The notes under the pieces: model-generated | Seen by the model: the letters and a program-made list of their open reading frames with translations, nothing else | The model's database searches: none | Told to the model about the DNA's origin: nothing | Origin: Phycisphaerae bacterium | Lineage (GTDB): Bacteria > Planctomycetota > Phycisphaerae > WQYP01 | NCBI GenBank assembly: GCA_049965755.1 | Contig: JBMFVY010000004.1 | Location: forward strand, 1 to 63,751 | Reading direction: 5' to 3' | Length of the DNA: 63,751 nt | Part shown: positions 20,663-31,879 of the stretch, one piece after another | How the letters are laid out: each line of letters begins with the position of its first letter | How positions within the stretch are numbered: the first letter of the stretch is position 1 | Position numbers and translations under genes: made by a program

Positions 20663-21427
20663 TTATGCGGAAGATATGCCCTGCCGAATTAAAAAAGCCG
20701 CGTAGTCTTCGGGGGTGTCGATACCATGATGAGACTGAGGAGTGTCATGGACAATGATTTTTGCGCCCATGTAAAGGGCTCTTAACTGTTCTAGCTTTTC
20801 CATTTTTTCCAGTTCACACGGCTCCGTACGGCTGAGCTCCAGGAGAAATTCACGGCGGTACGCATATACGCCCAGATGCTTTCGATAAAGACCGGCAAGC
20901 ATCAGACGTGAGGCGTCACGGGCAATTCCATCTCGATCATATGGAATGACACTTCGCGAAAAATACATGGCAAAACGACGCTGATCCACAACAACTTTTA
21001 CAACGTTGGGAAGCAGAATCTCGTCGGCATCATCAAATGGCGCCGCGGCCGTTGCCATAGGCACATCCGTGTTCTCGAGAATTCGGAATAGACTATCAAT
21101 CAGACCGGGATCCACTTCGGGCTCATCTCCCTGCAGATTCACGATCCGCTCGTAATTTTGATATTCCGGCATCTGCGCCACTTCAGCAATTCGATCCGTT
21201 CCCGAAGTATGGGCAGAGGATGTCAGAACGGCGCTGCCGCCGAAGCTTTTAACGGCTTTGAGTATCCGCGCATCATCGGTAGCAACGATGACAGCACGGG
21301 CCCGTGTCGCGGAAACCGCTCGCTCGTAGACATGCTCAATCAGATATTTCCCGGATTGCTTCAACAACGGTTTACCGGGTAAACGTGTGGATTCATAACG
21401 GGCCGGAATAACAATAAGATTAGACAC
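20663..21427 (-). CDS. kdsB: 3-deoxy-manno-octulosonate cytidylyltransferase
   Basis: N-terminal VIPARYESTRLPGKPL; length and remaining layout are typical of CMP-Kdo synthetase. Confidence 0.9.
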   Translation of the reverse strand: MSNLIVIPARYESTRLPGKPLLKQSGKYLIEHVYERAVSATRARAVIVATDDARILKAVKSFGGSAVLTSSAHTSGTDRIAEVAQMPEYQNYERIVNLQGDEPEVDPGLIDSLFRILENTDVPMATAAAPFDDADEILLPNVVKVVVDQRRFAMYFSRSVIPYDRDGIARDASRLMLAGLYRKHLGVYAYRREFLLELSRTEPCELEKMEKLEQLRALYMGAKIIVHDTPQSHHGIDTPEDYAAFLIRQGISSA

Positions 21428-21445
21428 GTTGACTTCCTTGCTTGA

Positions 21446-21988
21446 TCAATCAATACCATGATGACGGTCGGATACGGATTTGTCCCCGTCTTCCCGGAGG
21501 GCCAGATGCGCCGTAGACAGTTTTTCGTAGGCACTTTCCAGCGCCTCCGGAATAACTCGCACCTGTCCGACGGTCGTCATGAAGTTAATGTCGCCATTCC
21601 ATCTTGGAACAATGTGCAGGTGAATATGTCCGGGCAATCCAGCGCCGGCACAGCGGCCGATATTAATACCTATGTTGAATCCCTGTGGATTCATGCCGAG
21701 TTCCAACAGTCGCTGGCCATGGACGGCCAACTCCATCAATGCGGCCCGATGTTCCGGAGGCATATCCGCAAGTTGTGCTACGTGCGCGTAGGGAGCAACC
21801 AGCAGGTGGCCGTTCACATAAGGATATCGATTTAACATCAGCAATGCCGTATCCGTGCGGGCAACGACCAGATTGGATCGGTCACGATCCGGATCACAGG
21901 AGGCATCACAGAGAAAACAGCCGGATTTTTCGCCAGTGACGCTTTTTATGTATTCCAGCCGCCAAGGTGCCCAAATTGATGCGGTCAT
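21446..21988 (-). CDS. HIT-family (histidine triad) nucleotide hydrolase/transferase
   Basis: Histidine triad GHIHLHIVPRW. Start placed at MTASIWAPWR (21988); the track ORF extends to 22003. Confidence 0.8.
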   Translation of the reverse strand: MTASIWAPWRLEYIKSVTGEKSGCFLCDASCDPDRDRSNLVVARTDTALLMLNRYPYVNGHLLVAPYAHVAQLADMPPEHRAALMELAVHGQRLLELGMNPQGFNIGINIGRCAGAGLPGHIHLHIVPRWNGDINFMTTVGQVRVIPEALESAYEKLSTAHLALREDGDKSVSDRHHGID

Positions 21989-22089
21989 ACCGATCCTCCA
22001 CACGCCGCCAATACTTTACGCTAAAATCGCACTCATAGCGTGCAGGCCAATTTTTCGCCGCACGCAATTGTGAAAGAGGATATGAATAT

Positions 22090-23631
22090 ATGCCTGAAAA
22101 TTCCAGCGTACCGCCGAATCCATCACAGGCCAAACCGTGCGCCATTGTGATATTCGGCGCCACAGGCGATTTAACGGCCCGCAAACTTCTTCCAGCAATC
22201 TATAATCTGACGCATGCGGGCTTGCTGCATCCTGCTACGGTCGTTATCGGTTTTGCCCGCCGTCCCAAGACGAATGATGAGTTTCGAGAGGAGATGCTCA
22301 AGGGGATCAATTCGTTTTCCCGAAACCGGCCGGCAGATAACGGTATTTGGGAAAAACTCGCTCCGCGGCTGTTCTATCATCAAAGTACCTTCGAAGATGC
22401 CCGGGGGTATGCGTCACTTGCGGAGCGCCTCTCGGACTTGGATAAACAATTCGGACTTTCGGGGCGACGCCTCTACTATCTTTCCACAAGCCCGACAGAA
22501 TTCAGCACGATTGTGGCACAACTTGGCGAAGCAGGACTGGGGAACATTGATCCTTTCAACTCAGGCGCCTGGCGGCGAGTAATCGTCGAGAAGCCTTTCG
22601 GCCATGATTTGATATCTGCGCAGGAATTAAACCATCAAATTAACCGGGTATTTGACGAATCTCAGGTGTTCCGCATTGACCACTATCTGGGCAAACAGAC
22701 GGTGCAGAATCTATTGGTATTCCGCTTTGCCAATGGGATATTCGAGCCGTTATGGAACCGCCGATATGTTGACCATGTTCAGGTGACGGTAGCCGAAGAT
22801 ATCGGTGTCGAGGGGCGAGGCGGATATTTCGACACGGCCGGTACCCTCCGCGATATGATCCAAAATCATCTTATGCAGCTTTTAACACTTGTGGCGATGG
22901 AACCGCCGGTATCGCTTGACGGCGATGCCATCCGTGATGAAAAAGTTCGCGTATTAAAATCAATTCTTCCCTATACACCCGAACAAGTCGAGAGTCTGAC
23001 GGTGCGAGGGCAGTATGTCCGGGGCGACAAGCAGGGCAAACCGATCATCGGGTATCTTGAGGAGCGCGGCGTTGCTCCGCAGAGCCAGACCGAGACTTAC
23101 GCCTGCGTGCAACTCGCTATTGATAACTGGCGATGGTATGGGGTTCCCTTCTATCTGCGAAGCGGTAAGCATCTCAAGAGGAAAGGGTCCGAGATCAACA
23201 TCCACTTTAATCGAGCGCCAGGCGTGCTGTTTAATAAGCCGCAACGCGGCGCCGGAGCCAATGTCCTGACCCTTCGGATTCAACCTCGTGAGAGCATCGG
23301 ACTGCAGATTAATGCCAAGCGGCCGGGCAGCACCACAGCTATTACCCCCGTTCAAATGGATTTTGAATACCACGAAGCGTTTGGAAGTTATTCACCGGAG
23401 GCTTACGAGCGGCTTTTATTGGATGCCATCCTCGGCGATTCCACTCTGTTCATACGACGAGACGAAGTCGAAAGCGCCTGGAGCATCATTGATCGGATCG
23501 AAGAGACGTGGATCGCCGGGAAACCACCACTGAAATTTTATTCACCAGGATCATGGGGACCGGATGAAGCGGAGCAACTGCTCCGAGGAAGTGGTCGATC
23601 CTGGGATGAATTGCCACAGGAAACCCGATGA
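22090..23631 (+). CDS. zwf: glucose-6-phosphate 1-dehydrogenase
   Basis: NADP site IFGATGDLTARKL, active-site motif RIDHYLGKQ, and EKPFG. Confidence 0.95.
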   Translation: MPENSSVPPNPSQAKPCAIVIFGATGDLTARKLLPAIYNLTHAGLLHPATVVIGFARRPKTNDEFREEMLKGINSFSRNRPADNGIWEKLAPRLFYHQSTFEDARGYASLAERLSDLDKQFGLSGRRLYYLSTSPTEFSTIVAQLGEAGLGNIDPFNSGAWRRVIVEKPFGHDLISAQELNHQINRVFDESQVFRIDHYLGKQTVQNLLVFRFANGIFEPLWNRRYVDHVQVTVAEDIGVEGRGGYFDTAGTLRDMIQNHLMQLLTLVAMEPPVSLDGDAIRDEKVRVLKSILPYTPEQVESLTVRGQYVRGDKQGKPIIGYLEERGVAPQSQTETYACVQLAIDNWRWYGVPFYLRSGKHLKRKGSEINIHFNRAPGVLFNKPQRGAGANVLTLRIQPRESIGLQINAKRPGSTTAITPVQMDFEYHEAFGSYSPEAYERLLLDAILGDSTLFIRRDEVESAWSIIDRIEETWIAGKPPLKFYSPGSWGPDEAEQLLRGSGRSWDELPQETR

Positions 23632-23659
23632 ATCGGCTTTTCGTATTCGCCGAGTTGTA

Positions 23660-24748
23660 TCATTTGAGTGGGATGGAGGAGCGTCTGAGATCGGCCAGTG
23701 TGCGTGTCAGCCGCTCATGAAAGTCTGACATGGTGTAGTACTTCTTAACCCGTCCGTAAGCGTTCTCGCACAGGATGCGGGTTTGTGTCGGCTCTCCATA
23801 TAAGGCGTCAAGACATTCGCCCCAATCTTCTGGCTCCCGAACCAGCCGGAAGCTGTCGGGTGTAAAGTTATCCATCAAAGCTGTGCCTCGACTCACCAGG
23901 GGTCGGCGTGCCGCCGCCGCCTCAACCCCTACGTGCCACCAACGCGTCAGGGGCGCGATATTGATCACGGCATCCACATTCTGAATGGCCGACGTGACGG
24001 CGCCGACAGGAGGGATGAAGCTGACACGATCTGACAATTTCATATCCTTAACCAGTCGCCATACTTCGTCTTTGGCCCGTCCTGCATCGAGCAAAAGCAG
24101 AAGAAATCTCCCCGACCGCCCCCCGGCCGCAAACGCCCGCAAGAAATAATAATATTCGTTGGCTTCGTTAATGACATCGGTACCGGCCAGTGTGAACACA
24201 TCACCTGAAGCGCGAGGAGGTGAGACTTGAGAATTGTCACTTATGTATACCCCGGGCGAGATAACCGGCGCCCGATCAGATGATCCCGTGGCCACTCGGA
24301 TGGCGTCCGAGGCAAACACTGACATGATCTCGCCGGTCGGGTCATCATCGCCGATCCGGTCGAAATACCATCGGACTACCGTCATGTCATCGCAAAGTGG
24401 TAACACGCGAGCCTGGGCCGCGCTCCATCCCATCAGCAGGACAACATCAATTTGATGTTTACGAAGTTCCCCGGCAATCTGCCCTTCATTTCCACCACAG
24501 CCTGTGCGCAACCAGTTTGTCCAGCTATGCGGGTGCACGCGCCAAAGTCCGGTGGTGTAAGCTCTGAGCAAGTCGGCACCGATATGCTCGCTGATGAGAT
24601 AGACTCGCGCCCCTTCTGCCGAAAGAGCAACACTCATTTGCCGCAGCAGGGTAAATTCGTTCAGCAGGTTCTGCTCATCGATCCAGATGGCAATGCGAAG
24701 GGGATGCGAATCATGAGGAGGTTCGGGCTGCGCTATTGTGCCATTCAT
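23660..24748 (-). CDS. putative GT-B fold glycosyltransferase (GT4/GT1-like)
   Basis: The C-terminal half has a GT-B-like layout (VGVEAAAARRPLVS...ENAYGRVKKYYTMSDF). No strong signature, so the call is weak. Confidence 0.4.
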   Translation of the reverse strand: MNGTIAQPEPPHDSHPLRIAIWIDEQNLLNEFTLLRQMSVALSAEGARVYLISEHIGADLLRAYTTGLWRVHPHSWTNWLRTGCGGNEGQIAGELRKHQIDVVLLMGWSAAQARVLPLCDDMTVVRWYFDRIGDDDPTGEIMSVFASDAIRVATGSSDRAPVISPGVYISDNSQVSPPRASGDVFTLAGTDVINEANEYYYFLRAFAAGGRSGRFLLLLLDAGRAKDEVWRLVKDMKLSDRVSFIPPVGAVTSAIQNVDAVINIAPLTRWWHVGVEAAAARRPLVSRGTALMDNFTPDSFRLVREPEDWGECLDALYGEPTQTRILCENAYGRVKKYYTMSDFHERLTRTLADLRRSSIPLK

Positions 24749-24821
24749 GATGAGATCAATTCTCAGTATTGCCCACAGGGCTCAAACGGAATTCCAATGG
24801 GTCGCAGAACCCGGTACCGAA

Positions 24822-26183
24822 TCAGGCAGCGCTTTCCTTGAGTGGAATGGGATTGGTATCAAAGAGACTCACGCGCCCTTCGACAACATCCGCGGTAATG
24901 AGATAGCGCCCCTTCTGAGTCTGGTCAGGCAGGTGATACATGAAATCGAGCATGATTTCCTCCATCACCCCGCGCAGTGCCCGGGCTCCAGTATCTCTTT
25001 TCAGCGCCCGTCGGGCAATCAAGTGAAGAGCCTCATCAGAGAATTCCAACTCGCTGCCTTCCATCTGAAAAAAGCGTTGATACTGCTTGACGATCGCGTT
25101 TTTAGGTTCGGTGAGTATCTGAATCATGCCGCTTTCATCCAACGGCGAAAGCGGAGCGATAATGGGAAGACGCCCGACAAATTCGGGTATCATGCCAAAC
25201 TCAATAAGATCATCGGGAGTAACTTGCTTGATAAGCTCCGTCTGGCGATGCATCTGCCGGGTTTCCGGCTCCACTTCCGCATGAAACCCGATAAGCTTTC
25301 TTCCAAGGCGTTTGGCAATGATTTGATCCAATCCGACAAACGTTCCACCGCAGATAAAGAGGATGTGCGAGGTATCAAGCTGAATGTATTGCTGCTCGGG
25401 ATGCTTTCGCCCCCCCTGCGGCGGGACATTGGCAAGAGTGCCTTCCAGCATCTTCAACAGCGCCTGCTGAACGCCTTCACCCGAAACATCACGGGTGATC
25501 GACACATTCATATTCGTCTTGCCGATTTTGTCGATTTCGTCGATGTAGATGATGCCGCGTTGGGCAGCTTCCAAGTCGTAATCAGCATTCTGCAAAAGTT
25601 TCAAAAGCAGATTTTCCACGTCTTCGCCAACGTAGCCCGCTTCGGTCAGAGTGGTAGCGTCGCCGATCGCGAACGGCACGTTTAAGGATCGAGCTAGGGT
25701 TTTGGCAAGCAATGTTTTACCGGAACCTGTCGGCCCAATAAGCAGAACATTGGACTTATCAAGCTCCACGTCCTCCTTACCGCGAGCATCGGCATGAGCG
25801 AGGCGCTTGTAATGATTATGTACTGCCACCGCCAGCGCACGCTTCGCATCATTTTGCCCAATCACGTATTGATCCATGAACTCTTTGAGTTCACGCGGAG
25901 GAGGAATCTTACCCATGGGTTGCTTGGGACCACTGACCTTCCGTTTTTCCTGTTTGAAAATATTGAGGCAGAGCTCCGAACAATTTTCGCAAATATAGAT
26001 ATCATTCGGGCCCTCGACCATCAACCCAACTTCACGGCTTGATTTTCCGCAAAACGAGCAATTCGTAACTCGCCGACCCTTAAATTTAGCACCTGCGTTT
26101 TCGTCACCGGTGCGATTCCCACCATTTCCATTTGATTGATTTGCCATATCGAATCCCGCCGATTTACGACGAGCCAACTCCAC
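24822..26183 (-). CDS. clpX: ATP-dependent Clp protease ATP-binding subunit ClpX
   Basis: C4 zinc ribbon CSFCGK...CENC, Walker A GPTGSGKT, Walker [10 protein letters not shown], sensor/IGF region. No clpP gene is adjacent in this window. Confidence 0.95.
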   Translation of the reverse strand: MELARRKSAGFDMANQSNGNGGNRTGDENAGAKFKGRRVTNCSFCGKSSREVGLMVEGPNDIYICENCSELCLNIFKQEKRKVSGPKQPMGKIPPPRELKEFMDQYVIGQNDAKRALAVAVHNHYKRLAHADARGKEDVELDKSNVLLIGPTGSGKTLLAKTLARSLNVPFAIGDATTLTEAGYVGEDVENLLLKLLQNADYDLEAAQRGIIYIDEIDKIGKTNMNVSITRDVSGEGVQQALLKMLEGTLANVPPQGGRKHPEQQYIQLDTSHILFICGGTFVGLDQIIAKRLGRKLIGFHAEVEPETRQMHRQTELIKQVTPDDLIEFGMIPEFVGRLPIIAPLSPLDESGMIQILTEPKNAIVKQYQRFFQMEGSELEFSDEALHLIARRALKRDTGARALRGVMEEIMLDFMYHLPDQTQKGRYLITADVVEGRVSLFDTNPIPLKESAA

Positions 26184-26380
26184 TAAACAGGACGTCCACT
26201 ACCAGGACTTTTATCTGATCACACATCTTCGGTGTTCAGGGCATATAACTTACCTACCCGCCCTACCTGACGACACCACAGATGAGCAAGCGTGAGCGAC
26301 TACGCTGATAACGCTGTCTCGCACTGAATTATAACACAAAATTGGATTATCTCATTGATTCCATGGCGCACAGCGGTTTG

Positions 26381-26704
26381 TCACGATTTGATCTCATCAC
26401 CAAGGCGCTTTGCCATTTTCATCGCCCGGGCGCGTTTGATTTGTTTATATTCGTCTTCGGTAATCAGGCCGCGTTCTACCATGGATTCCATATCTCGAAA
26501 AGAGAATCCTTCGATGGAATCGCTATTGGCACCGAGCGATCGGTGGCGTACCCATAGAATGACAACAAAACTGACAACCACCACAGCGATCAGAACACCG
26601 CAGCCCACTCCCAAACTCACCAGAGTAGACATGGAATGAGAACCCGTGACTGTTGTTACACTACCGGATGTCATGGTGGGAATATCCCATCTTTTCAGTG
26701 CCAT
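26381..26704 (-). CDS. small single-pass membrane protein with SHOCT-like C-terminal helix
   Basis: TM segment LVSLGVGCGVLIAVVVVSFVVILWV, then MESMVERGLITEDEYKQIK, which resembles the SHOCT short C-terminal domain. Start is uncertain. Confidence 0.35.
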   Translation of the reverse strand: MALKRWDIPTMTSGSVTTVTGSHSMSTLVSLGVGCGVLIAVVVVSFVVILWVRHRSLGANSDSIEGFSFRDMESMVERGLITEDEYKQIKRARAMKMAKRLGDEIKS

Positions 26705-26796
26705 CGAAGCTTGGAGAGAATATCACTCGCATCTTCGCAACATCATACTATCATACGTCAAAGAAGCCGCACACGGCGATAAAAAAGGAGAAAAAA

Positions 26797-27294
26797 ATGG
26801 GTAATGACTACGAACTCAAACCATCTGAGCCTATAACCTCCAAAGACTACCAATCACCACCTCCCCTGCCACATGAATCTTCGATACCCTCGGTCATTTC
26901 GGCAAAATCCCCCTCAGATCAAGAGGAAAAGTCAGAAGCTGACGTCGGAAACCACAGAGCAATGGCCATTTTGGCCTACATTCCGGTTTTGGTTGTGGTG
27001 CCGCTGGTTTTCGGCCAGCAGAGTCGTTTCGTGCGATACCATACCAATCAGGGATTTCTGCTGTTTATTCTTGAGGCACTGCGGTGGGGAGTCATGAGTG
27101 TGCTCTACACCGGCCTGCCCCTGCTCTTTCAGTCACACCCCATGTTGTCGCTGTTCGGATTTATCAACGGCGTGATCTCATTCCTATTTTTGGCACTGGC
27201 CATAGTCGGGATACTCCATGTGATAAGCGGAAATTGCGAAGAACTGCCGGGGATCGGTAAATACCGCGTCATTCAAATTGATCCGGCGGAGTAA
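26797..27294 (+). CDS. small polytopic membrane protein (DUF4870-like)
   Basis: AAGGAG at 26785-26790 precedes ATG 26797; the track ORF starts earlier at 26653. AILAYIPVLVVVPLVF...SRFVRYHTNQGFLLFILE pattern and three or four TM helices. Family name is from memory. Confidence 0.45.
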   Translation: MGNDYELKPSEPITSKDYQSPPPLPHESSIPSVISAKSPSDQEEKSEADVGNHRAMAILAYIPVLVVVPLVFGQQSRFVRYHTNQGFLLFILEALRWGVMSVLYTGLPLLFQSHPMLSLFGFINGVISFLFLALAIVGILHVISGNCEELPGIGKYRVIQIDPAE

Positions 27295-27338
27295 CCCGCA
27301 TAATTCGATTTAATTCCAGGCAAGAGAAAAGAGGTTCT

Positions 27339-28358
27339 GTGCCGCCCCGTCAATGGTTTGATGCACATCTTGATTTGGCGTATCTCGCACTTCATGGGCG
27401 AGCCATGGATGTGCCGCTCACCGAGGTGCAGCGAACGGAGCATGGTGCGGCTCTCACCATTCCTCATCTGCAGGCCGCTGGAGTGACAGCGATTCTTGCA
27501 ACCGTTTTTGTCCAACCGAGTGATGACCGTCACCGTGAAGCACGGGGGCTGTGGCACTTTGAGAGTCCCGCTGAAGCGCATCTGGCAGCCATAGCGCAGC
27601 TGGATATCTACGATCACTGGTTTCATACGGGCCTGCTGCAGAGACCGCGGCACGCGACTTCGGCATCAAAATCTCCGACAACCTGGATTTTGATGGAGGG
27701 ATGTGATGCGATCCGTGAAATTGATGATCTTGATTATTTCCACCTGCGGGGAGTGGACGTCATAAGCCTGACTTGGACGCATGCAAATCGCTGGGCCGCG
27801 GGTAATGAAGCTCTGGGTGGAATCACCGATCATGGTCGGAACCTTCTGCACCGAGCTGCGGACCTGGGAATGATCCTGGATGTTTCACATCTTGCTGAAG
27901 AGGCGTTCTTTGAAGTCCTTGAGGAATATCCGAGGCGAATCGTTGCAACGCATTCTAACGCAAGGGACATTCTGCCCTTGCCGATGCAGAGCCCTAGAAA
28001 TTTGACGAATCGGCAAATACGAAGACTCACAGAGTCCGGCGGCATCATCGGAATTAACCTCTACTCAAAGTTTCTCGCATCAGGTCGGGCCGAACTAGCG
28101 GACGTCGTGAGGCACATCAAACACGTGGCGGATATCAGCGGTTCCATGCGGCAGGTCGGACTCGGATCGGATATGGATGGTGGCTTTGACCGCACATTTC
28201 TTCCGATTTCTCTCCAGTCACATGGCGATTTGGGTAGGCTGGCAGATGCCATGGCAGACGCGGGGTTCAGCGACGATGACATCGGGTGCTTTGCATTTTC
28301 TAATTGGTGGCGGCTTCTGAGTGACAACGGAGGTGGCCCTCCTACCGATGCTCATTGA
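27339..28358 (+). CDS. membrane dipeptidase (peptidase family M19)
   Basis: DAHLDLAY (cf. DGHND), ATHSNARDI (cf. HSNAR) and GLGSDMDGGF (cf. GiGsDFDG). GTG start. Confidence 0.7.
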   Translation: MPPRQWFDAHLDLAYLALHGRAMDVPLTEVQRTEHGAALTIPHLQAAGVTAILATVFVQPSDDRHREARGLWHFESPAEAHLAAIAQLDIYDHWFHTGLLQRPRHATSASKSPTTWILMEGCDAIREIDDLDYFHLRGVDVISLTWTHANRWAAGNEALGGITDHGRNLLHRAADLGMILDVSHLAEEAFFEVLEEYPRRIVATHSNARDILPLPMQSPRNLTNRQIRRLTESGGIIGINLYSKFLASGRAELADVVRHIKHVADISGSMRQVGLGSDMDGGFDRTFLPISLQSHGDLGRLADAMADAGFSDDDIGCFAFSNWWRLLSDNGGGPPTDAH

Positions 28359-28389
28359 CACCGCAGAAGTTTTCGAGCCGCGACTCCGA

Positions 28390-29859
28390 TCAACGAGCAC
28401 CGCTCGGGGAGCCCCCAAAGTTCCCCCGTTCAAAGGCCCGGCGCCACCACGCAATCTGTTTTAGTACAGATTTGATTCCTCCCGAGCCGGCGGATTGATA
28501 TGCCCGCAATACGTTCGCCGAACCGAGAGAGTCAAAAACATCCTGATCAATTTCCGAACACTCATGCCGCATTTCATCGAGCGGCAGTTGAGCGAGCGTT
28601 GCTCTGCCGGAGGCCTCACAACGCGCAACCAGTCTGCCGACTACCTGATGAGCAGTACGAAATGGAATTCCTTTTTTGACAAGATATTCAGCCAGAACCG
28701 TTGCATCTGGAAATCCCTCATCAATCCGGCTGCTGATGGTTGAGGCGTTGATCGATACTTTTCGGACCATTGATCCCGCCATTTCCAGACAAGGCAGAAC
28801 GGCATCATAGGCGGCAAAAAGGAACCGCTTGTCCTCCTGCATATCACGGTTGTAACCCATAGGAAGGCCCTTAAACATGGTCAAAAGTGCGATCAATTGA
28901 CCGTATACGCCGCCGGTTTTTCCTCGAATCAGCTCGAGCATATCCGGATTACGTTTCTGAGGCATCATCGAACTGCCCGTTGTATGATCATCCGCAAGCC
29001 GGATAAATTGAAATTCCGTTGAACTGTAAATAATCCACTGCTCAGCGAACCTGGAAACATGCATCGAGATCATTGCCATCGCAAAAACCAATTCAATGAC
29101 GAAATCACGATCGCTGACCGAATCCAGGCTGTTTCGTGTAATTCCGCCGAGCCCCAGGTCACGAGCACACTGCGCTCGATCAATGGGCAGCGTAGATCCG
29201 GCGGCAGCGCCGGAACCCAGCGGAGAGATATCCGCACGGCGACGGACATCAAGAAGGCGGAGGCGATCGCGTTCCAGCATTTCGATATAGGCGAGAACTT
29301 CGTGCGCAAAAACGATGGGCTGCGCTCGTTGCAGATGGGTATACGAAGGAGCCGGGATTTCAGATGTCGCCTCGGCGAGATCGAGAAGTGCTTTCTGCAG
29401 ATCAACAAGGGCTCGATGCAGGTTTACCGCAGCATCCAGACACCAGAGCCGAATATCCAGTGCCACCTGATCATTACGCGAGCGGCCCGTGTGTAATTTT
29501 CTTCCTGGATCACCGATTCGCTCCACCAGTGCGGCCTCAACCGCCATGTGGATATCCTCCTGTCGGATATCCCATTTGAACCGACCTGCGCGAATATCGT
29601 CCAAGATGGAATTGAGACCGGACTGAATCTGACTCAGTTCCTTCGGTTTGATAAGCCCGACTGCGGCCAGCATTCCCGCGTGAACGATTGATCCACGGAT
29701 ATCATATTCGGCCAAACGGTGATCAAATGAGATCGATTCAACAAATCGCTCCGCCATCTGATCCCCCGTGGCGCCGATTCGCGCCTGCCAGGATTTGGTA
29801 CCCCCCGCGATTTCTGAGGGTCCCTGCTTGTTTCCCCGCCTTGCCGATGTTTTCTTCAT
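28390..29859 (-). CDS. argH: argininosuccinate lyase
   Basis: TGRSRNDQVALD and the fumarate-lyase signature GSSMMPQKRNPD. Confidence 0.95.
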   Translation of the reverse strand: MKKTSARRGNKQGPSEIAGGTKSWQARIGATGDQMAERFVESISFDHRLAEYDIRGSIVHAGMLAAVGLIKPKELSQIQSGLNSILDDIRAGRFKWDIRQEDIHMAVEAALVERIGDPGRKLHTGRSRNDQVALDIRLWCLDAAVNLHRALVDLQKALLDLAEATSEIPAPSYTHLQRAQPIVFAHEVLAYIEMLERDRLRLLDVRRRADISPLGSGAAAGSTLPIDRAQCARDLGLGGITRNSLDSVSDRDFVIELVFAMAMISMHVSRFAEQWIIYSSTEFQFIRLADDHTTGSSMMPQKRNPDMLELIRGKTGGVYGQLIALLTMFKGLPMGYNRDMQEDKRFLFAAYDAVLPCLEMAGSMVRKVSINASTISSRIDEGFPDATVLAEYLVKKGIPFRTAHQVVGRLVARCEASGRATLAQLPLDEMRHECSEIDQDVFDSLGSANVLRAYQSAGSGGIKSVLKQIAWWRRAFERGNFGGSPSGAR

Positions 29860-29926
29860 ATTGCAATTCCATCTTGTGAGTCAAAGGCCGCCCCCATCCA
29901 TCATGAGCCTCGTGATACCGATATAT

Positions 29927-31588
29927 TCAGGGCGCCGCTCCCGGCCCGAAGGTTTTATCCGAATCTCCATTATGGCGATGCGCGAGCGGAATGGTGATTC
30001 GGAAGGTGGTCCCACTTCCGAGTTTGGAAACAGCTTCGATCCGTCCGCCATGCTCCTCAACGATTTTTTTCGTAACCGCAAGCCCCAATCCGGTACCCTT
30101 CTGACCTTTGGTCGAGTAAAAAGGTTGGAAGATTCGCTGAAGATCATCTGGCTTGATGCCTACGCCGTTGTCCTGCACCTCGATGACGGCCAGGTGAGCC
30201 ACGGGATCAACATCACTTTTAAGTGTAACCACACCGCGCCCGGATTCAACGGCATCAACGGCGTTGCCGAGCAGATTCAAAACCGCCTGATGAAGGCCGT
30301 CAGCGTCGGCGGGTACCGGCGGCTGATCTTTATTAATCTCAGTCAGAAGGGTGAGTTTTTTATCCTTTGCCGCCGCCGCCATCAGTTCAAGACACTCATT
30401 GAGCACGTAAGGTATATTGGTTAATTCATAATTTGGGCTGCGTGGTTTGGAGTAGGCAAGCATATTCATCGTCAACGCCTGGACCTTATCGAGATTGCGC
30501 TGCAGAATGGACCAACCCATCTGTATCTGTTTGATATCGGTGTTTTTGATGCCCAAGTCCACGACATCGGCGCCGCCCCGCATTCCCTGGAGAATATTTT
30601 TGATGGAATGCGACAGGGATGCGACGGTCTGGCCGGTGGCCGCCAGCCGTTCCTGACGTACCGATTCCTGATACAGTCGGGCGATTTCAATCGCGAGACC
30701 CGACTGCAGCCCGATGGCCGTCAGCAGGCGGAGTTGATCGGGAGTGTAAGAATAATTTTTGACGCTTGAATCAATATGCAGAACGCCGAGATTTTTTTCC
30801 CGCCCCTTGATGGGCACACAGATCGCACTGCGAATGGCCATATCGTGAACCGACTTGCCCTTGAGGAATCGCTGATCGGTCATGGCATTGCTGGAGAGAA
30901 CACCTTCATTTTTGGACAATACGTGCTGAATAATAGTCTGGCTCACGGCAATTTTTCCGACCTGCTCTTCACTGCGGTAGCGTACGACTACCGGCACCAC
31001 TTTACCCGTCGCATCATCCAGCAGGCCGATGAAACCCCTGTCCGCTCGCAGTTGCTCGAAGACCAGATCCATAACCTTGTTGAGCAACTGCTGTTGATCA
31101 AAAACACTTGCAATCGCCGTGGAAATCTGCAGCAGCACTTTGAAATGCGCCATCGCAACCTGAGACGGTTCGGGAGCTGCAAGTATCACGGAATCATCAC
31201 TGCTGGGAATCGTACTGATGATACTGGAATCCCCAGGTCCGGAGCCGCTCTCCGAAGAGATATTATCTGATTCGGCAAGACTTACGCTGTTGGCGGCGGC
31301 ACCGAAGACAAGCAGGGTTGATCCCAGGCGAATCTGATCACCCACCTTCAAGCGGGACGATTTATTGAGTTTTACGCCGTTGACAAAAACGCCGTTGGCC
31401 CCGCCAGCATCAGATATCGTCCAAGTATTATTCGTAAACTCTATGTAGGCGTGCTTTCGGGAAACTGTCAGATCAGAGAGCGGAACCTGCTCACTGCTTC
31501 GGCCGATCAATACCGGCTCACGCATGGGGAATTCAAACTGACGCCCTTTATCCGGGCCCTGCAGAACATAAAGAGAGAGTTGCGGCAC
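29927..31588 (-). CDS. FHA-GAF-HisKA-HATPase sensor histidine kinase (cytoplasmic)
   Basis: N-terminal FHA (LIGRSSEQVPLSDLTVSRKHAYI...NGVFVNG), a central GAF-like region, the H-box ASLSHSIKNIL, the N-box LLGNAVDA, and G-boxes DNGVGI and GTGLGLAV. No TM helices. Confidence 0.85.
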   Translation of the reverse strand: MPQLSLYVLQGPDKGRQFEFPMREPVLIGRSSEQVPLSDLTVSRKHAYIEFTNNTWTISDAGGANGVFVNGVKLNKSSRLKVGDQIRLGSTLLVFGAAANSVSLAESDNISSESGSGPGDSSIISTIPSSDDSVILAAPEPSQVAMAHFKVLLQISTAIASVFDQQQLLNKVMDLVFEQLRADRGFIGLLDDATGKVVPVVVRYRSEEQVGKIAVSQTIIQHVLSKNEGVLSSNAMTDQRFLKGKSVHDMAIRSAICVPIKGREKNLGVLHIDSSVKNYSYTPDQLRLLTAIGLQSGLAIEIARLYQESVRQERLAATGQTVASLSHSIKNILQGMRGGADVVDLGIKNTDIKQIQMGWSILQRNLDKVQALTMNMLAYSKPRSPNYELTNIPYVLNECLELMAAAAKDKKLTLLTEINKDQPPVPADADGLHQAVLNLLGNAVDAVESGRGVVTLKSDVDPVAHLAVIEVQDNGVGIKPDDLQRIFQPFYSTKGQKGTGLGLAVTKKIVEEHGGRIEAVSKLGSGTTFRITIPLAHRHNGDSDKTFGPGAAP

Positions 31589-31854
31589 GCTGATTTATCC
31601 GTCTAAAGCCCTATGACCCGGTTTGCATCCATACAGTACCGAGGTTCACGACCGTCACCACACGACACATACTCACTCAACCTCCGACGGCTCGGGAAAA
31701 TCTTCCGCCGATGGAGAGGGCAGTACGATCGGAACAACACTCTGCCCCCCATCGTCACATTGTAGTTACATCTGCGGCGGCTGGATAGTTACCCACTTTA
31801 ACACGCAAAATTCCTTCATCCGCGTGACCTTAACATCTTCCGACCGAGCGGAAT

Positions 31855-31879
31855 AACGGGGGACAGCCATTCCCCCGTT
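31855..31879 (-). terminator. perfect 9-bp hairpin downstream of the 180-aa gene (possible terminator)
   Basis: AACGGGGGA-cagccat-TCCCCCGTT. It lies ~75 nt after the stop at 31955, but only a weak T tract follows on the minus strand. Confidence 0.3.

Noticed and set aside
24738-25685. 315-aa plus-strand ORF
   Set aside because: It lies entirely antisense to the unmistakable clpX gene. It has no motifs and is a typical GC-rich shadow ORF.
29768-30424. 218-aa plus-strand ORF spanning the argH start and the kinase end
   Set aside because: It overlaps two well-supported minus-strand genes and has no SD or motifs.
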